Assembly: GCA_051362555.1 (NCBI GenBank)
Contig: CM120643.1
Location: 6,696,001 to 6,760,000 of the forward strand
Direction of reading: 5' to 3'
Length of the DNA stretch: 64,000 bases
Source of the DNA: Lingula anatina
Taxonomy: Eukaryota > Animalia > Brachiopoda
The position numbers and the translations under genes were made by a program. Positions 53,640 to 64,000 of this stretch are shown in pieces (position 1 is the first letter of the stretch; each line of letters begins with the position of its first letter). The notes beneath the pieces are model-generated. The model searched no databases and was not told the DNA's origin. It saw nothing but the letters and a program-made list of their open reading frames with translations.

Positions 53640-54127
53640 TTAAATAAATATGGCAGTGACTTGTGTTTATTGGATGCCACATACAGGACTGTGATATATG
53701 CCATGCCACTTTTTTCCTATGCATTAAAACAAATGTGAATTATTCAATTGTAGCTGTTTTCCATGCCAGAGCATGAGGATGAAAATAGTATTAGAGAAGC
53801 CCTTGAAATACTGAAATGTTGGAACCCGAGATGGACCCCAAGTGACTTCCTAGCAGATTACTGCCTGGCTGAGATAAATGCAGTTGAGAAGATAGTTGAA
53901 GGTAAACACTCTCCTTCAATTATAAATACAACACAAAGACGCAGTATACAGTTAGACAAGGTCAATTGAAAAAAATATTATAATTATTTTTAATATCACA
54001 TCAAAATACACATTCACAGCTTGTGCAAATTTTCTTTGGCTTTTAGGTCTAGTTGTTGGTCTCTGTTTGTTTCACAGAGAAAAAGCATGGAATGAGTGGC
54101 TAGCAAGGGCCAGCCATGGTGTCACAG
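53640..54127 (+). pseudogene. MULE (Mutator-like) transposase fragment with intron
   Basis: LCLLDATYRT...PLFFLCIKTNVNYSIVAVF...E....IREAL...FLADYCLAEINAVE, GT-AG intron 53902-54046, then LCLFHREKAWNEWL. Confidence 0.85.
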
Positions 54128-54389
54128 GTGTGGTATTATGGAACAATATTAAGACAAAATATATCTGATCCTTTACATATCTAGGGTTTGTCTATAAACT
54201 CATGCCCAACTATTACTTCTTTTAAAACTTACATGTATTTATTTAAGGCAAGTAAATTATTGGAACATTTTTCTTGATTTTCACAATTAAAAAATTTGCA
54301 GCATAACTAATACTTTTATATGCACTTGAATACTATTATGCATAAATATTTCAGAATTAACATATCTAACTTTTTTTCCACAATTTCGA

Positions 54390-55137
54390 AGACCACGGTA
54401 TTGAACTAAATTTCAGACTTTGGAGATGAATATGTGGTGACCGTAACTGATCACTGGAGGGACACACTCCTTAGAATGGTGTGGCCAGTCTTGTGGCCAC
54501 TGAGTGGGATTCCCTTAAAAGAGCTATTTACAACACGTAAGTCCACATTCAGCAATTACTCTATTTCATCTGAAACAAAAGCAAAATGGTAAAAATTTAA
54601 TCATCTTTTTTTGTTTTATTCTAGTGACAATGTCCACGAGATCACATGGCCACTGATCAACTAAAAGTACAGAGAGGTACATCCAAACATCCTGAATGTC
54701 ATTGATTTAGCTCTCAGCTTGCCTGCCTCATCTGCTGAATGTGAGAGAGGTTTTTCAACTTTAAAGTTTATCAAAACAGACCAGCGCAACCGTCTCAGTG
54801 TGAGTACAGTCAAGAACATACTATAGTGATCAAGCTCCTTTCCCCTGAGATAAAGAATTTCAACTCAGACAAGTCAATACAATGGTGGAATTCTAACAGT
54901 CAACGAGCTCGTCGGCCAACTTTCAAGGCGTCCATGCAGAGGCTTTTGGAGGATTCTAACAGAAGTTCATCTGCTTCATTACAGGAAAGTGACATGGGAG
55001 ATGCTGATGATGAGTTCACAGCTGCAAGTGGTGCTATACAGTACCAATCAGCAAGATTGAAACTGCATAACACATCCTATGAAGATGTCAGTGACTTTGA
55101 CTCTCTGTTTCATTTCAGTGATGTAGAAATTGAGTAA
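54390..55137 (+). pseudogene. hAT transposase C-terminus (ZNF862-like dimerisation region) with intron
   Basis: TEWDSLK, intron 54537-54624, PNILNVIDLALSLPASSAECERGFSTLKFIKTDQRNRLS; stops. Confidence 0.88.
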
Positions 55138-55409
55138 AATAAAACAAATGAGCAAATATAAAATGAGCTCTATGATGTTGATATGGGTATTAATAGGTTT
55201 TCATAAAGTTGGCAAGCCTCGTTTTTTGACAATAAATATGTATAATGTGCACTGACAAAGAATGTCTTTTTTATTCTTTTAAGAAAGGCATCAAAGAAAC
55301 AAGTAAGAATTTTTTTATATATAAGTAATTTTTGCGTTCTGTTAATGGGCAAGATATATAACGTGTTTCAGAGCACATTTCCTGAATGAAAAGCTTTGCA
55401 TTTCATTCA

Positions 55410-56035
55410 ATAGTTATGCAACTGATGGTTGCCTTTGTGAAACAGTTCCAACAGTTGTATGGGCCAGAAATGGCTGTCTATAATGTGCATGGCTTGGTTC
55501 ATCTTGCATTAGATGCCAAGAACTTTGGCAGTCTGGAAAATGTATCTGCCTTTCCCTTTGAAAACTTTTTACAGCAGTTAAAACATATGGTTAGGAAACC
55601 AAGTTTTCCAGTCTCTCAAGAGGTGGGAAGAATGTCAGAAATTCAAAAGAATGGAAGTCAAAATCATCCCTCCCCCCCAAAAAGACTTCCCAATACTGTC
55701 CAAAAATCATTGCAAAGGGCCACTGCCAGACTCTCTCCAGTTGGCCAGTCAGTTTGGAAAGGCTCAATTAGAAAAATTCTCAATTGACATTACCAATAAA
55801 GACAGTTGCATTCATGTTGATGGAAAAGCCAGCATAGTGAAAAACATTGTGCAAAAAGATGACAGTATACGGCCGTATATGTTATTTACCAGTGTTTCAA
55901 ATACTTTGATGATATTTTAACATACCACTACTATCCAGTTACCTTGGCATTGGCAAAGTTTTTGGTTCAGAGAATACCAACGGGTATGAAGCAATATCAT
56001 AAGTAGAAGCAAAATGTGTCCTTCTGCCATTTGCC
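55410..56035 (+). pseudogene. CMC/EnSpm transposase fragment 2 (different family)
   Basis: FVKQFQQLYG....YNVHGLVHL..D...FGSLENVSAFPFENFLQQLKHMVRKP; frameshifted tail ending KCVLLP. Confidence 0.85.
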
Positions 56036-56797
56036 TTATACATATAGACCATAATACTTTGTGCGCAACAGGAGTTCCGGTATTTTTTTTCCCATATCAA
56101 AACTATAGATGCGCAAAAAAAATGCTGTACAGGTAAGTGAAAAAATGATTATTTAATATTAAATAAAACAGATATGCATAAAACTAATATTTCTCCTCAT
56201 AATTATCACATTTTGCAATGAAATTGGTCGTTTTTTAATATAGTTTTTTATTTAGACGATAGGCTGACTTGGGGCGCATTTGCGCACCGCTGTGTGTTAG
56301 ATGTGTTGAGAGGAGATTGCGTTCGTGGTTGTCTTGGTTGACCCATTTTTTAAGCCATGTTGGTTTGTTTTGTTTTTCAGCGAGTTCAATCTGAGTCTGA
56401 TGTTCATTTTGTATACCATAGCCAGACCAAATTTACCCAAGTTAAAACCTTGAGACACTGAGAGGGAATTGATTTGTCAGGAAAGTCGTATACCCATTTA
56501 TCTTTATGGTGCCCTAGCTATGTCAGTTGTTACGTTAATCTTAGACCAAAACATTTGTTTTTTAAAACAAAAAGTATATTATAGTAAGACTTAAAAGTAA
56601 TGATACTAAAATGTACAAGAAGAAAAGGGTAATTCTGGTCAGAACAATATGTCTAATAAAGGCAAATAAATTCAGCGCTCCCACTATCATGCTTGTGGGC
56701 TGATTTGATAGTTGTCAGCGCCTCTAGCTTGATTTTTGTGGAACATTGTTTTGAGGCAGTGGACATTGGTCAGGTTAAGTGGCAGTGAAATATCACA

Positions 56798-56867
56798 GGA
56801 GAGCAAGCTCAGTGGCAGAGCGTTCACCTTGTGTGGAAGGTCTTGGGTTTGATTCCAAAGCTCTCCT
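56798..56867 (+). pseudogene. tRNA pseudogene or tRNA-derived SINE head (Ala/Thr-like)
   Basis: Acceptor stem GGAGAGC/GCTCTCC and D arm GCTC/GAGC are intact; T loop is TTTGATT (mutated) and the anticodon arm is ~2 nt short. Confidence 0.6.
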
Positions 56868-57199
56868 TATTCCAAAGTTACCAATAGCCTACCAGTAACT
56901 GCATGCATTCCTGTCCAATACTGCGCATATTCATGCTCTCAAACAACTATTTTAAATTGCATACAATATTTAATCGTATCTTCTTTTAAATAGCATACAT
57001 TGCTGAGCTACAAAGCATTTGGCGAAAAATTTATCCATTATATATAAGCATATCTTGGTTAAATATATTTAATACTAAATGTGCTCATCTTTCCCTAAAG
57101 TCTACTCTAGTGAAACTCAAAATTATTGCCAAGTTATTGTTTTTTTTTTTCTGTAAACACAGTGTGTTGTACCATCATTTTTTCCATAATTTTCTACAG

Positions 57200-57427
57200 G
57201 GAATAAAGTGATTCAGGTAAATGAAGAAGGCATATGTGGGCGACTACTGCTGTGTGCCTGGATGCACAAACTCCCGTGGGAAATGTAATCGGGAGGAGCA
57301 AGCAATAAGCTTTTACCAATTCCCCAAAGATGTCAGACGTAAACACAACTGGCTGTGCCACATACCTGTAGATAAAGATTTTGTGCCTACAACATCCACA
57401 AGGATATGTTCTGTGCATTTTGAAGAA
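57200..57427 (+). pseudogene. THAP zinc-finger domain exon (DNA-transposon type)
   Basis: YCCVPGC.N........SFYQFPKD......W............RICSVHFEE; splice acceptor at 57199; runs into (TA)n. Confidence 0.85.
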
Positions 57428-57428
57428 G

Positions 57429-57429
<1 letters not shown>

Positions 57430-57508
<79 letters not shown>
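57430..57508. repeat. (TA)n microsatellite
   Basis: Direct run. Confidence 0.97.
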
Positions 57509-57510
<2 letters not shown>

Positions 57511-58109
57511 TCTGTGGATCTGCAAGTTAACTGGTTGGGGAAAGGGGGAAAGTTGGCTTTTTCAGAGCTGAAGCAAATCAGACATTTTGTGGCAAGGAAG
57601 TGGAAAATAAGTGTTCAAATAAAATGTACTAGACATGACTATCCAAAACTGCACTTGGCTTCTTTTCTTAAAATTTATTTAATTGTCTATCTTTATTGAA
57701 TCTATTTTATATTAATTTTCAGGGAAAAGTGTGTTAATGATGCTTCTTATTACTCAATTTTTTATTCTATACACCTAAAAAAACATTTTATGTTTTATTG
57801 AAATTCACTGAGTAACAGGTACCTATTTCAATAATTTACTTAAAAATGTTTATTGTACAAACTGTAAAATGTTTAAAACTGGAATGAAATTATTTTGTTT
57901 GAGAGTTAAATGCATAATTTTTATTTTAACCATATATTGCATAATACATTCACTGACATTAACACTCTATGACATTTAACTATTTTATTGTTTCAAGTGA
58001 ACCATGCAGTCATGTGATAAGACATCCCTTCAGTGTTTATATATGTCACAAAGTAGGGATTTCTGGGAAGTTAACATCTTTCATATCTGTAAGCTGGGGT
58101 ACATTTAAA

Positions 58110-58270
58110 TAAGCAGCTGATATTTGCAAAGATGCATGCTACAATGCAATCAAGAGTTACTGGCAAGATGGGCCAGTTGAAGCATATTACAGAGCTTGTT
58201 ACCAAGATTACACCAACACGGAACACCTTACAAGGCTGAAAAAGAAAAGGTCAAGAACTGATGCTGACAA
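58110..58270 (+). pseudogene. Possible Academ-like transposase N-terminal fragment
   Basis: AADIC.D......EAYYRACYQDYTN..HL.RL resembles the YH..CY..YT motif; short and weak. Confidence 0.3.
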
Positions 58271-59325
58271 TTTTACATATTGCATGTTGGTTTCTTCATT
58301 GCTTTCCATTTTTAAGCTACATCCTTTCTTTTCTTTGCTAGCTTTTGTCTTGAAAAAGGCTCCACCAAAGTTCGTGCTGTACAACAAACTTGCATTTGCA
58401 TTCATCTGATCTTTTTTGGGACTTATGTTTCTCAGCATGAGCTATGTTATTTGGCTTAATTGGAAGAAGGTACTTAAACAAAATTTTGTGTTGCACTTGG
58501 CCACTTTGATAATAAACTCCAACTGTGATCCATCTAAAATTTTGTTAAAAATGATGAACCACAAGAAAACATTCCAAAAGAACACTGAAGAGGATTCAGC
58601 AGCTTTAAAACGTCAACAAGATTTTAAGTAAAGAAAAACAACCTGCAAATGGGGGAAAAATGGTTATTCTGGGAGTAATGCTAAAATTGACAAACAATAC
58701 TTTACTTACTGTTTTACTTGAAGTCCAAACCAGATTATTATCAATGGCAAAGGAAATTGAAAAAAAAAATCAATCTGTTCTCAATATAGCATCTTTTGAC
58801 CCTGTCAAATTCAATTTTGAGTTTACAGACCCTTTTGCCTGGAGTGTAATTAGTTTTCTATGTATTACTAATAATGAATTAGTAATACATAGAAGAATGA
58901 TTTTACCTGTAATTTTTTTGATGATATTTAAGAAACTCAAACAGAATTCTCAGAGTTTACTAGAGAGTTATCCCACAAAATAAAACATGGTCTTTTTGGT
59001 TTAATTTTGTTCACAGAAATTGCTTTTTATACATTTCTTTATATCTAATCTAAGAAATTTTTATTTGAAAAACCTATGAGGCAAAAATGAAGGCTAGAAG
59101 GTTTGTGCCCAATTTTTTAAATCAAAAGCACTAGAATAGAGGACTTGACTAATGATACATTTAAATCTTCTTATTCTATCCTCCACTTAATTACTTCTTT
59201 TATAAACATAGGGAATTACATCATTACGCACAGCATATTGAAGAGAATTGGAAGCATTAATGTGAAGTTAAAGGGTTCTTGGTGAATAATGGAACATACA
59301 TCGGTCTCTATCTTCTTGCTTGTAG

Positions 59326-59708
59326 CGTCAACAGTGTGTCCAAAGTTCCCCGAGACAACGCAAGTGTACATAAGAAATGGATAGATTTATGTTCCAAGAC
59401 AAAACACACAGAAAAACAACGGAGAAAGTATGGGGAAGACAGGGGGCGGTCCCTGCCCAAAGAACTGTCCCCTTTAGAACAAAAGGTATGTTTTAAATAT
59501 AATTGTAAAAAAAAAAATAAATAAATAAATAAAAATAATGAAAAAGGCAAGGTGTTATAAACAAAACTGATTACCTATTGCTGTATATTACTTAAAGTGA
59601 GGTGTATCATTATTTTGTTTATTAAATTTCAGTTAATTGAGATTATAGGGGAATCGGTCCTTGAAGGTGTTGTTGGGGGCCAAGAAACAGAAGAACCCCC
59701 ATCTACCT
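59326..59708 (+). pseudogene. Myb/SANT-like DNA-binding protein of PIF/Harbinger type, two exons
   Basis: VNSVS..R.....KKWIDL.S.TK.....RR..[KTGGGP in shifted frame]..LSPLEQK, intron 59486-59632, then LIEIIGESVLEGVVGGQET. Confidence 0.8.
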
Positions 59709-61769
59709 GTATGTAATATTTCTTACTAATATATTTCCTTCATCTGAGGAATCACCAAGAAATAATAAGCATTTGTTTACTATAACACATACATTTGTAT
59801 TTTGTTTGTGTTACATCTATTAGCACATTATTTATGAGAATTACCCTATTGTATGACATATTCCACGTGTTAGATTTTAACATGACATTAACAATTTTCT
59901 GTAATCATTGTAGGTAATGAACCTCTAGTGGCCACAAAAACATAAGTCCGATTGTTGCAAGGAAATTGCCTTTTTTTAAATTGCCTTTCTATTGCGGATC
60001 AGAGTGGTCTCTTGCAGAAATGTGCAACTTTTTACTCTTACAATTTACATTAGAATTATTTTTACAATTATTGCAATATCCAATTATCCAACCAACTATC
60101 CTTAAATTCCAGACAGGAAGGATGTTGATCTGTTCTACGAAGAAGCCCCATTCCCGGGTCTGCTCAACAAAGAGAACTTCAAAATCCATCAACAGCTAGG
60201 GTAGAGAGCCTTTGGCAGCGTCTTCTTAGACTCTGAGCTGTCATTGGGCAACTTGGTGGCCATTAAATTCCTCAACAAAATGGACAGCCAGGTGTTAGAA
60301 GATTTGTTTTATAAGGGACTACTCCTCTATGGCATAAATGAGGCAGTATCGGGGATCAAGATAGCGACCAGGTTTATTTTATGCCTTTCTACCTACCTTC
60401 AATGCTTTTTAAATTTTTTTAACTGTTCAAAAATTTGTTTGTTTGCTTTTTCTTTACTATGACAAAGGCAATAAGTGGCTAATCATTGTTTGTGATCAAC
60501 ATTTTGATCGCTTTATTCTTACATGCAGTGCTGATTAAAAGAAGAATCTCACAATGACTTGAGGATAAAAGATGTTCATTTTTTATATTAGCCCCTGCCT
60601 CAGACAAGCTAATTATTCACGGTTGAAAAGACATGAATATAAGGTGAGATATATGTGAAAATCAGGTTGGGCTTGATATCTACTCAAAACTTATGTGGAC
60701 ATTTTCAGTCCATATGCTAGCAGGCGGCCATGTTTATTCCTGCCATAAGGTAGCTGCTACATGCTTACATAGGACAGATAGATGGAAGTGTAACTTTTCT
60801 ACAAAAAGAACAACTCAAAAGAAAAAAAAAGTATAGGGGTCTTTGAAAGGGAAGCAGGGGTTGGAATTAGTAAAATATTTTCAGTGGCAAGCAGAAAAAG
60901 AAAATTCATTTTCATATTATGCATGCTATCAAAAACGGAAAATATGGACGAGAAATGGAGTCTAAATGCAGTTAGTATATTTTATTTCTATTCTTATTTC
61001 TTAGGTTTAAATAGTCCAAACAAGAGACCACCAGCCTATAATTAATATTACCAGAAGTTTACCAGTTAAAGGAAGCTAACCAATATACTGATGAGCATCT
61101 GCTAGACGGCCAGTTTGAAATCAGTGTATGCAAGGATGCACCCGATTTAATCAGAGCCAAAATAGTTAAGTAAGGCACACATCTAGCCACCAGTACACAT
61201 TATGGATTCAGACCTCCCATAGCAGATGGAGGGGTCATGTGACATGTGTATGCTATAGACACTAGTGTAAACGATCTGCTGTTTTCTGTAGATAAAATCT
61301 CTCCTTGGACACTGATCGAAATAACAAAGTTACAGGTAGACTATAAAGGTACATTGTATCAGGTAACTCACTTCATTATAGAGAAAACGATCATTATAAT
61401 GCGAAGATTTGGAATCTTTTCATTTGAACTATATATCTATACATATACATATGATTTTTTTGTTGTTGTTACTGTAACAACCTTTTGCTTTTAGCATTTT
61501 TTACTATTCCTTAGATCCTTGTACAAAATGTGTATTGGTTAACAATACAATTACTTAGACCAACAAATGCTGGTCTGTGAGAAAAGTTATATAAAATTAA
61601 TGAATATGCTGAAACAAGTTTTCCTAGTTACAAGACTTTTATAAAGTAGAATGAAATCAGTGATGGTTTCTTTGATAAAATACTGTAATACACCACCCCT
61701 CCCTCTCTTCTATATAGCTAGGATTTAAAAGAAAATTACAATTACTTTCCCATTTACTTGTGCCACACC

Positions 61770-62210
61770 ACAAATATTTAACATATAACACGTTATTGTG
61801 TAATCGACTGTCTGCTTACCTGAATAACAATAACTTACATGCAGATGAGCAAAATGGTTTCAGGAAACATACATCATGTGAAGATCATGTCTTTGCACTC
61901 AATAGTATTGTTAAGAATAACACACAGATAATCGCAGCGTTTATTGATCTAAAAATAAGTTTCGATTACATGGACAGAGATATTATGTTGTATAAGTTAT
62001 TGATAAATGGATTAGATGGAAATTTTATCGAGTACTGAAAAACATATACTATCAAACAACTGCCTGTGTCAAAATCAATGACACATATACTGACTGGTTC
62101 AACTGTCGTACTGGTGTAAGGCAAGGCAACAACATCTCGCCAACTTTATTCTCTATTTTTGCAAGTGATATAGTAAGTGAAAGTCATAATCTAGGAGTTG
62201 GAATAACGTG
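61770..62210 (+). mobile_element. LINE reverse transcriptase fragment
   Basis: NRL..YL......DEQNGFRKHTSCEDHVF...AFIDLK.SFD...GVRQGNNISPTLFSIF; frameshift at ~62030. Confidence 0.9.
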
Positions 62211-62729
62211 GATAGATCTCTATCAACTACCCAAAATGAAATGATCTTCGAAACCATTGCAAATTTTCCACTCGAAAACCTTGACATCACTCAATAAGCA
62301 CTATCTTTTCTCTACTTGACTGAACTGATTTCATTTTCTGATTTCATGTAATTTTCTTTGTTATTAATGTAATCCAAATTGTATTTAGTTGTGTTGTATA
62401 CGTAAATTAGTTACGATCCTTTTCTTCTGCCTTTTATTTTCTTTCTTTCTGTATTTAATTATTTCTGGTAACTTTTGTGTTCCAATACTGAAATCTGATC
62501 TCTAATGTTTGTACTTAGTTGTGTACGTTAACTAGTTATGACCTCCTTTGATCTCTTTTTTTTGCTATTATATATATATATATTTTTTTTTTCTGTGCTT
62601 CTTGTGTATATGCATATACATATCTGTTTGTTTTATTTATTTACTTATTTAATTTTGTTTTACGTGGAGAGCATCTAATGCTTTTAGCGCTTTGCCTCCA
62701 TTTCCCTTGAATAAACATTGTTAAAAAAA

Positions 62730-62872
62730 GTGTTGCAGCCTATCAAAGTTGTTGGCAAATGGGAGACTGTTGGCACTGACCTGATAGGCCCTCTGCCGTT
62801 ATCAGAGAATGGCAATAAATATGTCCTCACTCTGTCAGACTACTACACCAAGTGGATGGAGACATACCTAAT
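62730..62872 (+). pseudogene. Gypsy/Ginger-type integrase fragment
   Basis: LQPIKVVGKWETVGTDLIGPLPLSENGNKYVLTLSDYYTKWME. Confidence 0.85.
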
Positions 62873-63003
62873 TCTTTTTTAGATCTATTGTATTGAATTC
62901 ATTTTAAGGTTTGGACTAAGGATAGGCACTAGCCCGCACCATGACTTCTTTGTTCAAGGACTAATTTTGGCAGCTCAATTTTTAAAATAAATCACCAATA
63001 ATA

Positions 63004-63617
63004 TAGACTCGCCCTTCAAGAAATCGACGCCTTCAAGAAATCGACGAAAACCGGAAGTGCATGTTTTTTGCACTGTTTTTCCTGTCATGCCCATCGTAAA
63101 CACTGTGTTGTCAAGTAAAACGAAGCATCTGATACAAAGTATCAAACGCGGCATTCACGTGCTTGCTTTCGATGCGTTCAGTACACTTTGTTTACACTGA
63201 CAAGTCGAGGTCAGGAATGCACAATGTTTTTCTATGTAATTACGCAGTTTCAATTTTGATTAGTGAATTTTCTTTTATCTGCATGGTCATTTTCCGAACA
63301 TTTGTATAAGCCACGAAATATTTCTCATCGAAAAATCACCCAGCAGCTTTCCAAGTAGAAGCGAGTGACGTCATGACGCACTTCCGGTTTTCGTCGAGAT
63401 CTTGAAGGGATTAGCGTTACGGTTTGCTGCACATTTAAAGCGTTCTGTCTCAAAATGTACTCAACTGCTTGGATTGAAATTTACAGAACTTATTCTTCAC
63501 ATGATATCACACATATGTGCTTAATTTGAGAGCTTTAGCTGTTATATGTTTTCTACAGTGCCCATTCAAAATTGAAAAAGAGCTATTTTCCGTCGATTTC
63601 TTGAAGGGCAAGTCTAT
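63004..63617. mobile_element. ~610-bp non-autonomous TIR element
   Basis: TIR TAGACT(C/T)GCCCTTCAAGAAATCGACG at both ends; internal inverted copy at ~63380-63409. Confidence 0.85.
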
Positions 63618-64000
63618 GATCTAATGACCTGAACCTAGAAGTAAAACTGATCTGCAATAGGTCATGTCATTATTTTGTTTATTACATTTTAGGCAATTCC
63701 TGCATTATAAATCTTATAACTTAAGAAAATTGCACTGTGTAATCATTCAAAAGATAAACCTATACATTATCCTCCCTTGTTGTGATAGATTTGATAAAGT
63801 TTCATATCGATAGATATACAGTTTCACTAAAAGAAAAAATGCCCAAAGATCGTCAGTACGGAGCTGTCACCAGCATACTTATTTTCACAGCGTACTTATT
63901 TTGGCAGCTTCAGTGCCAAATAGTGCAGCACGTACATATTTTGGCAGCGTACATATTTTGGCACAACAACGGGTGAGAACTTTAGAGGTGTGCATCAGAG

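Noticed and set aside
56798-56867. Functional tRNA gene
   Set aside because: Shortened anticodon arm, TTC-to-TTT change in the T loop, weak T stem.
57221-57571. 116-aa THAP protein with a YI-repeat tail
   Set aside because: The tail is read-through into a (TA)n microsatellite.
53640-60200. Single spliced host gene joining the MULE, hAT, THAP and Myb exons
   Set aside because: Most pieces carry stops or frameshifts and come from unrelated superfamilies.

Overview
This is an AT-rich animal genomic window with no prokaryotic features. The repeat types resemble those of molluscs or other lophotrochozoans, but the taxon cannot be fixed from sequence alone. The only host gene is an intronless FASTKD5-like mitochondrial RNA-processing gene on the minus strand (23116..21068), whose C-terminal RAP domain appears broken by a 35-bp insertion. 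The rest is transposon-derived. At 3.6-19.8 kb there is a nest of non-autonomous Helentron-type (HINE/DINE-1-like) elements built from a ~161-bp satellite. Scattered through the window are LINE, Tc1 and Penelope remnants, many MITEs and a foldback cluster (36.3-39.6 kb). At 42.4-48.4 kb is the 3' end of a Gypsy element: integrase, a two-zinc-finger ORF in the env position behind a splice acceptor, and a probable ~4.2-kb LTR holding an array of GTTGTC-N6-GACAAC palindromes. At 50-63 kb, short fragments from many unrelated TE superfamilies all lie on the + strand, which resembles a uni-strand piRNA cluster. All calls come from reading motifs by eye; no database searches were run.
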